Under the pieces are notes generated by a model. The model ran no database searches. It was not told the DNA's origin and saw only the letters and a program-made list of their open reading frames with translations. From positions 1 through 37,422 of IMG/VR virus record IMGVR_UViG_3300006790_000048: a DNA stretch of 37,422 bases; one strand, written 5' to 3'. Position numbers and translations under genes: made by a program. Of the stretch, positions 15,876 to 25,500 are shown piece after piece. Origin of the DNA: a virus. Lineage: Duplodnaviria > Caudoviricetes. Every line of letters starts with the position of its first letter. Position 1 is the stretch's first letter.

Positions 15876-16048
15876 ACTTTAGATTTAATCTAAAGTTTTT
15901 CAACAATTCCAGGAAAACATTTTGAAAATAATTACAGGACAACAATCCAGGAAAAAATAAAACCAGAATTTTTCTAAGTCCACAAAACGAAACATTAATA
16001 TTAGGCGATTTTTAGCGAAACACTTATATTACCGAAAGCCTTATATAT
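15876..16048. promoter_or_regulatory. Non-coding control region with palindrome, direct repeats and three tandem BRE-TATA-like boxes
   Basis: ACTTTAGATT-T-AATCTAAAGT (15876-15896); CAACAAT(T)CCAGGAAAA x2 (15901, 15940); CGAAA-led TATA-like boxes at 15988, 16016 and 16033. Confidence 0.65.
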
Positions 16049-16108
16049 CAGAAAAAGTGTGTGTGTTAAAAGCTATTAGAGGTGTAGAAATTTTTTCTGT
16101 GTGTGGTA

Positions 16109-16717
16109 CTACCAGGTACATTCATTTGCTTTTGTAGAATTGAGTGTTTTTGAAACACCCCCCCCTCTCTTTTTATACTTTTTTGATTCAGACATTGGTT
16201 TGATAACTAGTCCATCTTGGCCCATATATGCTACATGATTATCAGGTACATCCTTTCTTAGATATGTATTGGCTCCTACTGCTGAGTTTTTCCCTATCTT
16301 TACTCCTTGGTGTATTACTGCATTACTCCATATCTCACTGTTATCCCCTATCTCTACGCTTCCTAATATGCTTGCTCCTTGACCTATGATGCAATTTTTA
16401 CCTATTATACAGTTATGGCTTATCTGGACACCATTGTCAATTTTAGTACCGCCGTTGACCACCGTGTCTCTTACACGACCTCTATCGATAGTACAGTGAC
16501 TTCCGATATGTACGTCGTCATGTATCTGTACTCCATGTCTGTGAGGTGTAAACTTTAATGTATTGTCTTCCTGTCTTTCAAAGTGAAATCCTTCTCCTCC
16601 TATAATAGTACCTGATTTAATGAATACGTTCTTACCTATGTGTATTATATCCTTATAGTTTTTTGGAATCTCCTTGTAGAAATCCAAACAGATTCCTCCG
16701 TATTGTGGGTTAGTCAA
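16109..16717 (-). CDS. LpxD-like left-handed beta-helix acyltransferase
   Basis: GTIIGGEGF, GVQIHDDVHIGSHCTIDRG, TKIDNGVQISHNCIIG and hexapeptide repeats; lacks the LpxD N-terminal domain. Confidence 0.85.
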   Translation of the reverse strand: MTNPQYGGICLDFYKEIPKNYKDIIHIGKNVFIKSGTIIGGEGFHFERQEDNTLKFTPHRHGVQIHDDVHIGSHCTIDRGRVRDTVVNGGTKIDNGVQISHNCIIGKNCIIGQGASILGSVEIGDNSEIWSNAVIHQGVKIGKNSAVGANTYLRKDVPDNHVAYMGQDGLVIKPMSESKKYKKRGGGVSKTLNSTKANECTW

Positions 16718-16893
16718 TGCTCATCTACTCCAGGATTATGTAATACAAAGTTTCTATCGTCACGCATTATCCTTGCTAGTCTTTCAAACTGTTCCTTATA
16801 TGTTTCTATTTGTTCTCCTGTGGCCTTGCATACTTTGACATATATGCCTTCAGTACCTTTACATACGTCACATTTATGGAATTTCTTAGTCAT
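16714..16893 (-). CDS. 59-aa hypothetical protein (not in ORF track)
   Basis: MTKKFHKCDVCKGTEGIYVKVCKATGE...; fills the gap and overlaps both neighbours. Confidence 0.65.
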   Translation of the reverse strand: MTKKFHKCDVCKGTEGIYVKVCKATGEQIETYKEQFERLARIMRDDRNFVLHNPGVDEH

Positions 16894-17563
16894 TGATCTT
16901 CTCCCTGTAATGTCTTATCTCGTTTATTTCCCTTTGAATTAGTTTATCTGCATCCTTATCCAAATCCAAATCGTGTAAACATTCCTCCATCTCTAATCCT
17001 ACATGAGTGTACCATTCTGGATGTGTATTCATGTGGACATAATCACATTCGATAAATGTATCGTGTGGGTTTTCTCTCCAGTTATGTCCAGAGTCACTGA
17101 TATATTTGAATCTTGTATCATAGTTAGGACAGTATATGTCTACCTCGTCTAGTTTACTTATGAGTTCCTCATCTACCTCTACTCCCATTACAGGTTTGTG
17201 GAATGTTACTGATATGCCATTAAGTTCCCCTATGTAGCTTTCAAGTAATCTTGTCTGCATAACTATCTCAGATACCATTCTGTCATTGCCATCTTTGCAT
17301 AGTGACGGATCATAATGTAGTCCGATACCCATACCTAATTCCCTGATAGTTTTAATTCGTTGAATGTTTGTATCACTTAATGCGTTATAGAATGGAGATG
17401 TTAACAGTATATAGTATGTACTGTGAAGGTTCTTGTCTGCTTCTATCTCTGCTAACTCTACAGCCTTTTTGATTGATATGTCAACATCGTGACGTAAGAA
17501 GAACGTACAGTTCTCATCCATTCCCTCTTTGACTAAGTCCAGATATGATTGATATGTCCACAT
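16886..17563 (-). CDS. Polysaccharide deacetylase-like (CE4/NodB fold) protein
   Basis: FFLRHDVD, GIGLHYD, TFHKP, YISDSG, NTHPEWY motifs. Confidence 0.8.
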   Translation of the reverse strand: MWTYQSYLDLVKEGMDENCTFFLRHDVDISIKKAVELAEIEADKNLHSTYYILLTSPFYNALSDTNIQRIKTIRELGMGIGLHYDPSLCKDGNDRMVSEIVMQTRLLESYIGELNGISVTFHKPVMGVEVDEELISKLDEVDIYCPNYDTRFKYISDSGHNWRENPHDTFIECDYVHMNTHPEWYTHVGLEMEECLHDLDLDKDADKLIQREINEIRHYREKIND

Positions 17564-18588
17564 TATTGTAAGTCATCCAAAAACGTAGGATTCTTTTGTA
17601 AAAAGATATCACATTGCATACATTCTTCTTTATCAATGTGTGCATATATTAGTCTTTTGATTGCAGCGATTCCTAATTGTTTCTTAGTCTTTGGATTTTG
17701 TAATAACATCTTACCCATTCTACATATATCATTGTCTACTTCTACCAGGTATTTGATCCTTTTGTCTAATTCTTTTAGATCTTCATTAGTCTTAATTGCA
17801 TATTTCAAACCTTTTGTGGTCATTGGTCTGACTACTCTGTGACATTCGTGTTTACATTTCTCTGCTCTACAGTTCTCATGAATACATTCCCTGCATTTAT
17901 CCTCATCATCTTTGACTTCCCATACTGTCTTAAACTCCCATTCTCCTGAGATACTGTTCTTTAGACTTTGTGTACTGTTTGCACCTAATAGGATAGCATC
18001 ATAACTGTTTGCATCTGTAGCAAACCTAGAGTCACGTACCATCTTGACTTTCTTACTATAGTCTTTACATAGTTTATCCTCATGTTTCTCCTCATGTTCA
18101 TTCTCCATCTTGATAGCCAACATTGCCAATTCCTCTGCTACGTGGCATTTCCATGTATATTTCTCCATGTCTGGTATTCTTGCTTTAGTGATAATATCCT
18201 TTGCAGGTGTGTTCTTTCTTTCATATTCCTTAATCTTTTCTTTTAACTCATCAATATGAGATTCTATGTAATTGTCGTTTACTCTTACAGGTGCATCATA
18301 TCCCTTGTCTACTTCTGCATCCTTGTATTCTGGTTGAACGTAAGTGTATAATGCTGTCTTGCCAAATGACCAATTATATTTCTTTCTTAGTCTGTTTAGG
18401 ATTCTTGCCACATCTTTTATCTCAGGATCATTGATACCTTCTATCTTGGCCATGTTCTTTATCTCATGACTGTCTATATTATCTGCTAGGTTCTTTGCTA
18501 GTTTCTGTACCAAAGGCTTTATATCCTTCTTGACAGAATCAGAAATTTTACTAATCTTATCGATAAGATTCTGTGCTTCTTGATTCAT
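17563..18588 (-). CDS. 341-aa putative DNA-binding protein (HTH-like N-terminus, Cys/His clusters)
   Basis: IKDVARILNRL...FGKTALYTYV; CREC...C...C.HECH, CMQC; own TATA promoter. Confidence 0.6.
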   Translation of the reverse strand: MNQEAQNLIDKISKISDSVKKDIKPLVQKLAKNLADNIDSHEIKNMAKIEGINDPEIKDVARILNRLRKKYNWSFGKTALYTYVQPEYKDAEVDKGYDAPVRVNDNYIESHIDELKEKIKEYERKNTPAKDIITKARIPDMEKYTWKCHVAEELAMLAIKMENEHEEKHEDKLCKDYSKKVKMVRDSRFATDANSYDAILLGANSTQSLKNSISGEWEFKTVWEVKDDEDKCRECIHENCRAEKCKHECHRVVRPMTTKGLKYAIKTNEDLKELDKRIKYLVEVDNDICRMGKMLLQNPKTKKQLGIAAIKRLIYAHIDKEECMQCDIFLQKNPTFLDDLQ

Positions 18589-18629
18589 ATATAAAAAAAA
18601 GAAAAGGTTATAGTATATAAACTTTTACA

Positions 18630-19052
18630 CTATACGCCTTTGTATCTGCGTGTTTCATTGACTTGGTTGAATACCATACCAATGGTTGCAGGATGACCGA
18701 TTCCTGCGTTATTACACACTCTTTGAACTGCGGCAAGGATAACTAATTGCCTCTCTGTTAGTTCGGCTGCTTCCTGTGTAATAGCCGCGATCTGATCACC
18801 TGGTAGGGCTAATCCATCCAAGTTGATTTTGTCTGTTGTTGGTGCAGATGATGTGTTGCCTGTCTGTGCGGAGCCGCTCGATTCCTTACAGGCTGATTTC
18901 CCTGACTTGAAGTCGTATGAAAAATGTGCGACTTCTTTATCTTCGTATTGCCATTGAAGTTTCTTATCCCCTTTGTATTCAACTTCACGGCAAACTAGAT
19001 TTTGTTTGCAGGAAGGGCATTTATCTTCTGCACCCTCTTTCTTTGTAATCAT
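18630..19052 (-). CDS. Hypothetical Zn-binding protein, replication module
   Basis: CPSC...H...C, Ser/Thr linker, helical C-terminus; canonical promoter. Confidence 0.7.
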   Translation of the reverse strand: MITKKEGAEDKCPSCKQNLVCREVEYKGDKKLQWQYEDKEVAHFSYDFKSGKSACKESSGSAQTGNTSSAPTTDKINLDGLALPGDQIAAITQEAAELTERQLVILAAVQRVCNNAGIGHPATIGMVFNQVNETRRYKGV

Positions 19053-19066
19053 TGCATAGTATTATA

Positions 19067-19498
19067 TTATCCCTTATTTAAATCTTTTGATTTGTGATAT
19101 CTTTCTCTACGCTTGGCTAGGATAGCATCTCTGTTCTTACGATAATATTTCAAGTTCTTTGCTGTGATATATTCCTTACTTGTACTATACTTGTTGATAC
19201 GTTCTTCTCTGTGATCCAAATAATATTTTCTTTGATATTCTGAATTTTCTTCCTTGTGATTTTTATTATAATTTCTCTGTGATTGTCTCCATTTATCTGG
19301 ATTTTCTTTTCTCCATTTATTATGTGATGTTAAACATTGTTCTCTATTTTTCCAGTAATACTGTCTACCTGCTTTTCTTCTGATCTCTAAACCATGTTCC
19401 TCACACCATTTTTTATTTCCACATCCTCTATCTCCGTATGCATCCCAATGTTTTTCACATCCAGGGTATGCACAGAATTTTATCTTTCTTGCTCCCAT
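19067..19498 (-). CDS. Basic protein with (Y/W)xxxN(R/P)E repeats and N-terminal Zn finger
   Basis: YYWKNRE, WRKENPDK, YYLDHRE, YYRKNRD repeats, similar to regions that accompany HNH endonucleases. Confidence 0.7.
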   Translation of the reverse strand: MGARKIKFCAYPGCEKHWDAYGDRGCGNKKWCEEHGLEIRRKAGRQYYWKNREQCLTSHNKWRKENPDKWRQSQRNYNKNHKEENSEYQRKYYLDHREERINKYSTSKEYITAKNLKYYRKNRDAILAKRRERYHKSKDLNKG

Positions 19499-19530
19499 AA
19501 TATTATAATAAAAAAAAGGATATTTAAATG

Positions 19531-19779
19531 TTACTCATCTGTAAGGATTTTCGCACCTAAGTTGTTTTCTGCAAGTTTCTTAAAACCATTTAGGGCCATA
19601 AGAATCTCGTTTTTGTTTTCATCTTCCTCCAGGAATTGGTCTATATGTGTAGGATCTTCTGGATTAAAAGCCCATGTAATCTCTACCTTACTGCCTTTGG
19701 AGAACGGACAGAGTTTGAATTTAACTCTCTCTACTGTCTTAAGACTTGTTGTCTTGTCTATGAAATTATTCTCTCCCAT
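19531..19779 (-). CDS. Hypothetical protein
   Basis: 82 aa; CGAAACTTTTAAATAAGGG promoter. Confidence 0.7.
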   Translation of the reverse strand: MGENNFIDKTTSLKTVERVKFKLCPFSKGSKVEITWAFNPEDPTHIDQFLEEDENKNEILMALNGFKKLAENNLGAKILTDE

Positions 19780-19793
19780 GTGGAAAGATATAA

Positions 19794-20045
19794 TTAACCC
19801 TTATTTAAAAGTTTCGCTATCTTTAACTGTGTGTCTGCAATGATTTGTTGATATCCCTGTTTCTTTGCAAAGTATATCTTTACCTTTACCTTACCGCTAT
19901 TGTTTCTTTTCAGGTTATATTTTACTACAAAGTTATCATGTGACAATAGATACAATAACCACATTGCTGCTTCTTTAGGTTCTTCAGGTTTAATGACTGC
20001 TTCTACTATTCCTCCCTGTTCTCCTGTTATTCTAAATTCTGTCAT
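19794..20045 (-). CDS. Hypothetical protein
   Basis: ATGA-coupled to the upstream gene. Confidence 0.65.
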   Translation of the reverse strand: MTEFRITGEQGGIVEAVIKPEEPKEAAMWLLYLLSHDNFVVKYNLKRNNSGKVKVKIYFAKKQGYQQIIADTQLKIAKLLNKG

Positions 20046-20356
20046 GTGTATGTCATCTTCCTTGCCTTAACAAACCTCTTCCACATGGACTCGTCTTTGA
20101 TACTTGCTGCCCATTCTACTAGATGATGATGTGCTCGACATAATAATATAAATCGTTTTGGGTTATCATTAATAAACCCTTCTAATGCCTTATGATAGTC
20201 GTTGGTGTTCCTAAAGTTCTTGTAGATTGCATCCTCTTCGAGATACCATAAATGGTGGAAGGCAAAGAACTTGCCTAGTTTCTTGTGACATACAAAGCAT
20301 CTATTTTTGTAATACTTTTTTGCCAGCCTTTGTTTTATTTCCCTTGCTATCGACAT
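20042..20356 (-). CDS. HNH endonuclease-like protein
   Basis: CFVC...FAFHHLWY...FILLCRAHHHLVE. Confidence 0.7.
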   Translation of the reverse strand: MSIAREIKQRLAKKYYKNRCFVCHKKLGKFFAFHHLWYLEEDAIYKNFRNTNDYHKALEGFINDNPKRFILLCRAHHHLVEWAASIKDESMWKRFVKARKMTYT

Positions 20357-20392
20357 TTAACCAAAATATGTAACGTGCCCACTCGTAATCAT

Positions 20393-20611
20393 CTAAAAAC
20401 ATAGTCGTGGTATAATAAAATGATCCTGTTTTTCTGTGCTTTCTTTGTCATCCATGCATATATCTATTGCCTCATGTAAGGCTTCATGGACTAGAGTGTC
20501 TATTAAACCCCATTCTGTCATGTGGCCTGCTAGGTATATATCTGTAGTTCCGTCATGTGGATGAAATTCCCCATGCACTTCACTCTCTTCTATGTTTATT
20601 CTTATTGACAT
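20393..20611 (-). CDS. Minimal HExxH metallopeptidase-like protein
   Basis: HGEF...IYL...DTLVHEALHEAI. Confidence 0.7.
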   Translation of the reverse strand: MSIRINIEESEVHGEFHPHDGTTDIYLAGHMTEWGLIDTLVHEALHEAIDICMDDKESTEKQDHFIIPRLCF

Positions 20612-20721
20612 TTACATTGCTCCATTTCCTTATCGTGACACTTACCACATTTAGGTAGACCTCGTTTATCTAAAGTAATTATCTCCCCTGATGACCAGCA
20701 GCCATTACATAGTCCTATCAT
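20602..20721 (-). CDS. 39-aa Zn-ribbon microprotein (not in ORF track)
   Basis: MIGLCNGCWSSGEIITLDKRGLPKCGKCHDKEMEQCKCQ; ATGA-coupled. Confidence 0.6.
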   Translation of the reverse strand: MIGLCNGCWSSGEIITLDKRGLPKCGKCHDKEMEQCKCQ

Positions 20722-21452
20722 GCCTTAGCCCTCTGGATATTGTTGAAGAGTTCAGCCTTTCTTAGTCCTTGATAAGTCATGTTTACGTCTTTGACACAGT
20801 GGTCTATGATATATGACATTGCCTTATCCCATAGTTTATGGTCTTTAAAGTGAGTGATATACCAATATTTCAAGTCTACAAATGTCTTTTCATCCTTACC
20901 TGTAGTTTGTGTAATAAAGTTCTTCAATGTGTTCCTCTTGGCTTTCATTGTTGACTTCATCATTCTCCAGGTATCTCCATAGAACTGATACCCATAGTCA
21001 GGAATCAAGTCATATTGTTTTGTAATTAGACATCTTGATCTAAAGTATGGGTTATCAAACTTTGTAGAAAAGTGTCCAATAACATGATGTGCCTGTTTCA
21101 TATTATGTGATAGTGTCTGTAGTAATCTGTAATCAAAATCAAAACTGTGTTCGTCTACTGCTTTCTTAATGTCCTTTTTAGTTATGCTGTCCTGTACCTG
21201 TTCTATCTTTTCTGTCACAATATCCCTTAATATACCATGATAACAAATGATAAAGTTTTGGTCTGGGCTAAAGTCTGATGTCTCTATGTCATATATGAAT
21301 TGGTGTCTTATCCCTATCTCTAAATATCTGTATTGCATTTCAGTAAATGGTTTATGCTTTACCTTTTCAAACAGTTTGTCTACTTCAAATCTATGTAACT
21401 TTTGATGATTATTAAATCTTGCTTGTATCTCAGGAACAGTTAAGTTTCGCAT
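20718..21452 (-). CDS. DEDD/RNase H-like 3'-5' exonuclease
   Basis: ExoI YDIETS, ExoII GHFSTKFD, ExoIII HCVKDV. Confidence 0.85.
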   Translation of the reverse strand: MRNLTVPEIQARFNNHQKLHRFEVDKLFEKVKHKPFTEMQYRYLEIGIRHQFIYDIETSDFSPDQNFIICYHGILRDIVTEKIEQVQDSITKKDIKKAVDEHSFDFDYRLLQTLSHNMKQAHHVIGHFSTKFDNPYFRSRCLITKQYDLIPDYGYQFYGDTWRMMKSTMKAKRNTLKNFITQTTGKDEKTFVDLKYWYITHFKDHKLWDKAMSYIIDHCVKDVNMTYQGLRKAELFNNIQRAKA

Positions 21453-21747
21453 ACAACATTCTCCCTTTATTTGTTGTTAATAAACCTTGTTTATCTAATC
21501 CACATCTTTCACAAAACTCATGCCTAGGTTTTATAAAGTTACCGAATTGAATAAACTCTGGATATCTAAAACCAAACTGTTTTGCTTTAGGATCATATTT
21601 CTTGGGCCACTTGAACTCACTACCTACGTTGTCCTTCCACCATTGACTCTCTGTTATCTGTATGATTATTTCCTTAGCCTCTCTTTCTGCTGGACTATTA
21701 AAAGGACTAGTCTTGTATTCCTTTATGGCATCTGCTAACTTACCCAA
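21430..21747 (-). CDS. Hypothetical protein (likely TTG start at 21747)
   Basis: Open frame between methyltransferase and exonuclease; C-terminal CERC. Confidence 0.6.
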   Translation of the reverse strand: MGKLADAIKEYKTSPFNSPAEREAKEIIIQITESQWWKDNVGSEFKWPKKYDPKAKQFGFRYPEFIQFGNFIKPRHEFCERCGLDKQGLLTTNKGRMLYAKLNCS

Positions 21748-22192
21748 TTTTTCTCTCCACAGTACATATTGTGTCATTATGCTCTGCACCATGAGCAACT
21801 AATAATATTCTGGTTAATTCAAATCCTCTACTTTTACCCATTCCTCCAGAGTTATATGCAAATGTAATTACTTTGCCATTTGGTTTTATCACTCTAGCCA
21901 TTTCATTTTTGACTTTGGCTATCCATCCACTTGATGTATGCCATCCTGTGCAAATACCACCGTTCTTTTTGTAATGTTCTGATACCTGTCTTTTTGTATA
22001 TGGAGGATCTAACACTCCATACATAGCAGATTCATCTTGTAATGTTTTATAATAATCAAAACACTCTACTTTACCTTCAAATGGAAATGGATCAATATAC
22101 TCATCTCCTATCTCCTCTTTGATTAGTTGAGCAATAGGTTTGATTTGGAATGTTCGTTTGTTAGGCATTGCCCATACTCTTTCTATATCCAT
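21740..22192 (-). CDS. Small amino-(N6A/N4C) DNA methyltransferase
   Basis: IDPF, LDPPY catalytic motif, ARVIKPNG. Confidence 0.8.
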   Translation of the reverse strand: MDIERVWAMPNKRTFQIKPIAQLIKEEIGDEYIDPFPFEGKVECFDYYKTLQDESAMYGVLDPPYTKRQVSEHYKKNGGICTGWHTSSGWIAKVKNEMARVIKPNGKVITFAYNSGGMGKSRGFELTRILLVAHGAEHNDTICTVERKIG

Positions 22193-23850
22193 GAGTATTT
22201 ACCTCCACTGTCTAATAGGTTTCCTGTTGATCTAAGTTTGGCTATCTGTCTTAATGCTGATTCTTCTGTTGGGAACCATGTTGATTTCTCCATAAGTTTT
22301 GATATTGCCTGTGCTTCTGTTACAGGTTCTTTGAATACGTGTTGGATATATCCTGTTTTGTCAAATGAGTTTGCAATGCTTGCGTTCTTTTGACCTGGTG
22401 TATTCATACCTAGTGTGTGTAATGATGTGTTTAGCATTTCTATGGCACTCTTTGCGTGTCCTATCTCTGCTGTTTCATCTAAGTGTAATCTTGCGTATGC
22501 TTGTGTTAGTCTTATCAAATCCTCATACGTTCTGATATCTACTGCTAATCCTCCCTCTTTTTGATCTTCCTTTCTAAGATCACTCCACCATTTCAATAAG
22601 ATATCATCTACCTCTTCAGGTATTACAGGGTTTATTGTCTTTGCATATATTATGAATTTCTTTAGCATATCTGCATCTAACTCTGGTTTGAGTTCTCCTC
22701 TTCTTACCTTCATTATATGTTTTGCTATTAGTAAGTCTTCTCCTTTTTCTGGAGTATCTCTTACCAAGAATATTAATCCGAATCTTGACATGATTGATTC
22801 AGGCAATGTGACATTCTCATTGATAGATAACTCTGGGTTCCATCTGCTTTTCTTTGGGTTACCTGCTGCAATGATTGCTACCTTGACCTCCCATGTAATA
22901 TCAATGCCTATCTTTCTTAGACTAAATTTCTGTGACTCCATGACTTCGTGACAATATGTTCTGTCAGAGTCGTTCATCTTTTCTATCTCGTCTAGTGCTG
23001 CTATTCCACCATTGCATAGTGTTACGGATCCCGGCTTTCCTATACGAGTTCCGTCACTAAGATTATCTACACCGCCGAATAACCCTGCTCCACTAGCGGA
23101 TTTACCTGATACATAGTCTGACTTTGGTATAATGTTCGTTACGAACTTTAGTAATTGAGTCTTGGCTACACCTGGATCTCCTAGTAGTAATGTGTTTATG
23201 TCTCCTCTTGCTGTATCTGTCTCTACTCCACCTAGACAAGTTAGCAGTAAGGCCTCCTTGATATCTACCATATTGTAAATGTGTGGAGCAAAAGATGATA
23301 TGAGTTTGGTCTTGTCCAAATCCTTAAAGTATGCTATCTCTTCTTCTGTTGGTATGATAGGCTTGTCATCTGTCTTTGCAAATTTCATTACGTCAAAGTG
23401 TCTATGATATGTTAGATCCTTTGGGTTCTTTTTTCTTGATCTAAGTGTTCCTCTCATGTTTAGTTTTACACCTGGATTCAATTCATTAATATCATCTCCA
23501 TATAGGAACCCTGTTAGATGTGTTGGGTTTGCTACGCCTTGCTCTGTAAGTAGTACCTTTCTTAGTTGTCCTTTTGTATTCTGATGGATATACATTGGTA
23601 TGTTACAGTCCTTGCATATTGTTTTAGTTGGCATATCTCTCCAGTCATCAAAGTCTTCAAGATGTGTAAACTGTTTCTCATTGGTACAGTTACTACATTT
23701 GAATACTACAAATCTTGAATAGTGTTCTACCTCACTAGAACCTGCTACTATAGTCTGTAATAAAATATCATTCTGATTCTCATCTGTTGGTCTTAACTCA
23801 GCAAGCTTCATTAGCCTTACTGGATCGTCTCCGTTCTCTATAACTTGCAT
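22183..23850 (-). CDS. mcm: MCM replicative helicase
   Basis: C4 Zn finger, RGDINTLLLGDPGVAKTQ, AALDEIEKM, AAGNP, SRF arginine finger. Confidence 0.96.
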   Translation of the reverse strand: MQVIENGDDPVRLMKLAELRPTDENQNDILLQTIVAGSSEVEHYSRFVVFKCSNCTNEKQFTHLEDFDDWRDMPTKTICKDCNIPMYIHQNTKGQLRKVLLTEQGVANPTHLTGFLYGDDINELNPGVKLNMRGTLRSRKKNPKDLTYHRHFDVMKFAKTDDKPIIPTEEEIAYFKDLDKTKLISSFAPHIYNMVDIKEALLLTCLGGVETDTARGDINTLLLGDPGVAKTQLLKFVTNIIPKSDYVSGKSASGAGLFGGVDNLSDGTRIGKPGSVTLCNGGIAALDEIEKMNDSDRTYCHEVMESQKFSLRKIGIDITWEVKVAIIAAGNPKKSRWNPELSINENVTLPESIMSRFGLIFLVRDTPEKGEDLLIAKHIMKVRRGELKPELDADMLKKFIIYAKTINPVIPEEVDDILLKWWSDLRKEDQKEGGLAVDIRTYEDLIRLTQAYARLHLDETAEIGHAKSAIEMLNTSLHTLGMNTPGQKNASIANSFDKTGYIQHVFKEPVTEAQAISKLMEKSTWFPTEESALRQIAKLRSTGNLLDSGGKYSWI

Positions 23851-24062
23851 GATTGTATATCGTACTCCTTATTTATATATCTTTCTCTGTTACACTTGCT
23901 GTGTGGTTTTGAACGTGTGATGATTTTACAGCAAGGACATATTACTTTGTCTAATGAATAATAGACTTCACACTTTGTGCATCTTCTATGATTATTATAA
24001 ATTGGTCTTTTCACAAATTCTGATTTGTATCTGTTACAGATACCTATACATTGCTTGACCAC
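23838..24062 (-). CDS. Small Zn-finger protein resembling a thaumarchaeal family
   Basis: CIGIC.RYK...RCTKCEVY...CPCC...RSKP pattern, recalled from Nitrososphaerota proteins. Confidence 0.75.
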   Translation of the reverse strand: MVKQCIGICNRYKSEFVKRPIYNNHRRCTKCEVYYSLDKVICPCCKIITRSKPHSKCNRERYINKEYDIQSCKL

Positions 24063-24069
24063 GTTAATG

Positions 24070-24198
24070 TTATAATGTACTCTTATTTAAATGTTTAATG
24101 TTATGTTTGTAATAGTCTAATATATGTTTTTCCTTAATCTTACCTTCTGTAATTCTTCTTAGTCTGTCCTCAAAAACAAATGCCTCAATATTGTCCAA
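24070..24198 (-). CDS. Possible 42-aa protein (TTG start)
   Basis: MDNIEAFVFEDRLRRITEGKIKEKH...; fills the intergenic gap. Confidence 0.4.
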   Translation of the reverse strand: MDNIEAFVFEDRLRRITEGKIKEKHILDYYKHNIKHLNKSTL

Positions 24199-24628
24199 GT
24201 AGTTTTTTCATCTCCTGTGCTAGATGGTCTTGGATTGTTTCTCCGAATTCTTTAATGTCTGCAATGTTAAGGACAATAAGTTTGATACCTGCGTTTCGAA
24301 ACAAGACATTTCGTTCTGTAGTTTTTCGTACTTTTCTATCATGGACTGCACCGTCAAGCTCAACGATAATAACTCCGAATTGGTCAGAGACACACAGCAA
24401 GTCTGGGTTTTTCCACTTAAATCGTTCGAGCTCTTTTCTACCAACCGATTCACTAATTCTGCATAAGTTTCCATATTCTTTATCAAATCCGACATACCAT
24501 TCCCTCTTGAAATCTAATCCAAACTCCTCCTTAATAAACCTTTTCAAGCCTATCAGTATCTGTGTATCGTTCTGTCCTTTTTGTAAATTTCTTTGTCCGT
24601 ATGCAATACCTGATAATTTCTTGGCCAT
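24185..24628 (-). CDS. PD-(D/E)xK nuclease, Vsr/DUF559-like
   Basis: NPDLL...IIVELDGAVH...RNVLFRNAGIKLIVL. Confidence 0.8.
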   Translation of the reverse strand: MAKKLSGIAYGQRNLQKGQNDTQILIGLKRFIKEEFGLDFKREWYVGFDKEYGNLCRISESVGRKELERFKWKNPDLLCVSDQFGVIIVELDGAVHDRKVRKTTERNVLFRNAGIKLIVLNIADIKEFGETIQDHLAQEMKKLLGQY

Positions 24629-24653
24629 ACCGTTCGTTACGAACTAATTATAT

Positions 24654-25316
24654 TTAACCGTTTTGATGTAGTTCGTTAATTTGTGTTACGAATAAATCCC
24701 CTGCTGATAGGGTAAATGCTGTAAATGTAACTCTAGCGTGAATTGAGTTAGCGTTAGATACGTGCCAATGTACTCCTGATTCTGTGATAACTACACCTGC
24801 TGCACTAACTGTAGAGTCATCCCATACCATTCCATACTTTGCTGTTTGTGATGCTACTTTTCTTTGTCCTGCTGATGCATAAGCTAATCTAGCATAAGAT
24901 CCTCCTGTGTCTTCTGTTTCAAGATCAGTGTCAGATTCTGTTGCTGCTGTACTTCCTGTACCAATAGAGTTATGTGTCAATGTTGTAGAGACTTCTCCTG
25001 TATCTCTTTTTGCTGATTCTGTTAATCCGATTAATGTTAATACGTTATCTACGTTCTCAAAGTATGTTGGTCTTGGTGCTGTGTTCTTGTTGTTTACCAA
25101 ATCGTTTGCTATCTCTAACTGTAGTTTCTCTATTTGGTCTATGATATGGCTGCCCTTAAACTGTACTTCATTCTCTTTCCATCCTGATACTGTCCAGACA
25201 TCATGTTTGGTTGCGATATGTTCTGTACCTGGTTCGTAAGATACTGATACAGGATTTGGACTAATACCTTGTGATAGACTTATCGAGTCATAAAGTTTAT
25301 TGGCTAGGTCGTGCAT
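24654..25316 (-). CDS. Tail/baseplate-associated structural protein
   Basis: NVLTLIG...IGTGSTAATESDTDLETE...ITESG...ARVTF pattern of tail-collar-type proteins. Confidence 0.7.
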   Translation of the reverse strand: MHDLANKLYDSISLSQGISPNPVSVSYEPGTEHIATKHDVWTVSGWKENEVQFKGSHIIDQIEKLQLEIANDLVNNKNTAPRPTYFENVDNVLTLIGLTESAKRDTGEVSTTLTHNSIGTGSTAATESDTDLETEDTGGSYARLAYASAGQRKVASQTAKYGMVWDDSTVSAAGVVITESGVHWHVSNANSIHARVTFTAFTLSAGDLFVTQINELHQNG

Positions 25317-25500
25317 TGCTCTTTCCTGCCTTTTCTTTAAAATTGTTAAAGTCTATGTTTGTGAATCCTTGTACTTTAGCTTCAAATTCATCTGCATCCC
25401 ATACAGGAATATTAAATTCTTGGAATTGTCCTTTATCTGATTCTACCACGAATTTAGTAAAGAATGAATCTGCTGTATCGATTCTGTCTACTTTAAACAT
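25297..25500 (-). CDS. Hypothetical protein (likely start ATG 25500)
   Basis: MFKVDRIDTADSFF...; TACTTC at 25529-25534, 29 nt upstream. Confidence 0.65.
   Translation of the reverse strand: MFKVDRIDTADSFFTKFVVESDKGQFQEFNIPVWDADEFEAKVQGFTNIDFNNFKEKAGKSNARPSQ

Noticed and set aside
15901-15955. TCCAGGAAAA repeats as archaeal ORB elements
   Set aside because: Only a partial resemblance to TTCCAGTGGAAA; spacing differs and there is no adjacent G-string or cdc6 gene.
16109-16717. Calling the acyltransferase a true lpxD of lipid A synthesis
   Set aside because: It lacks the N-terminal domain, and the context is archaeal-viral; only the fold family is supported.
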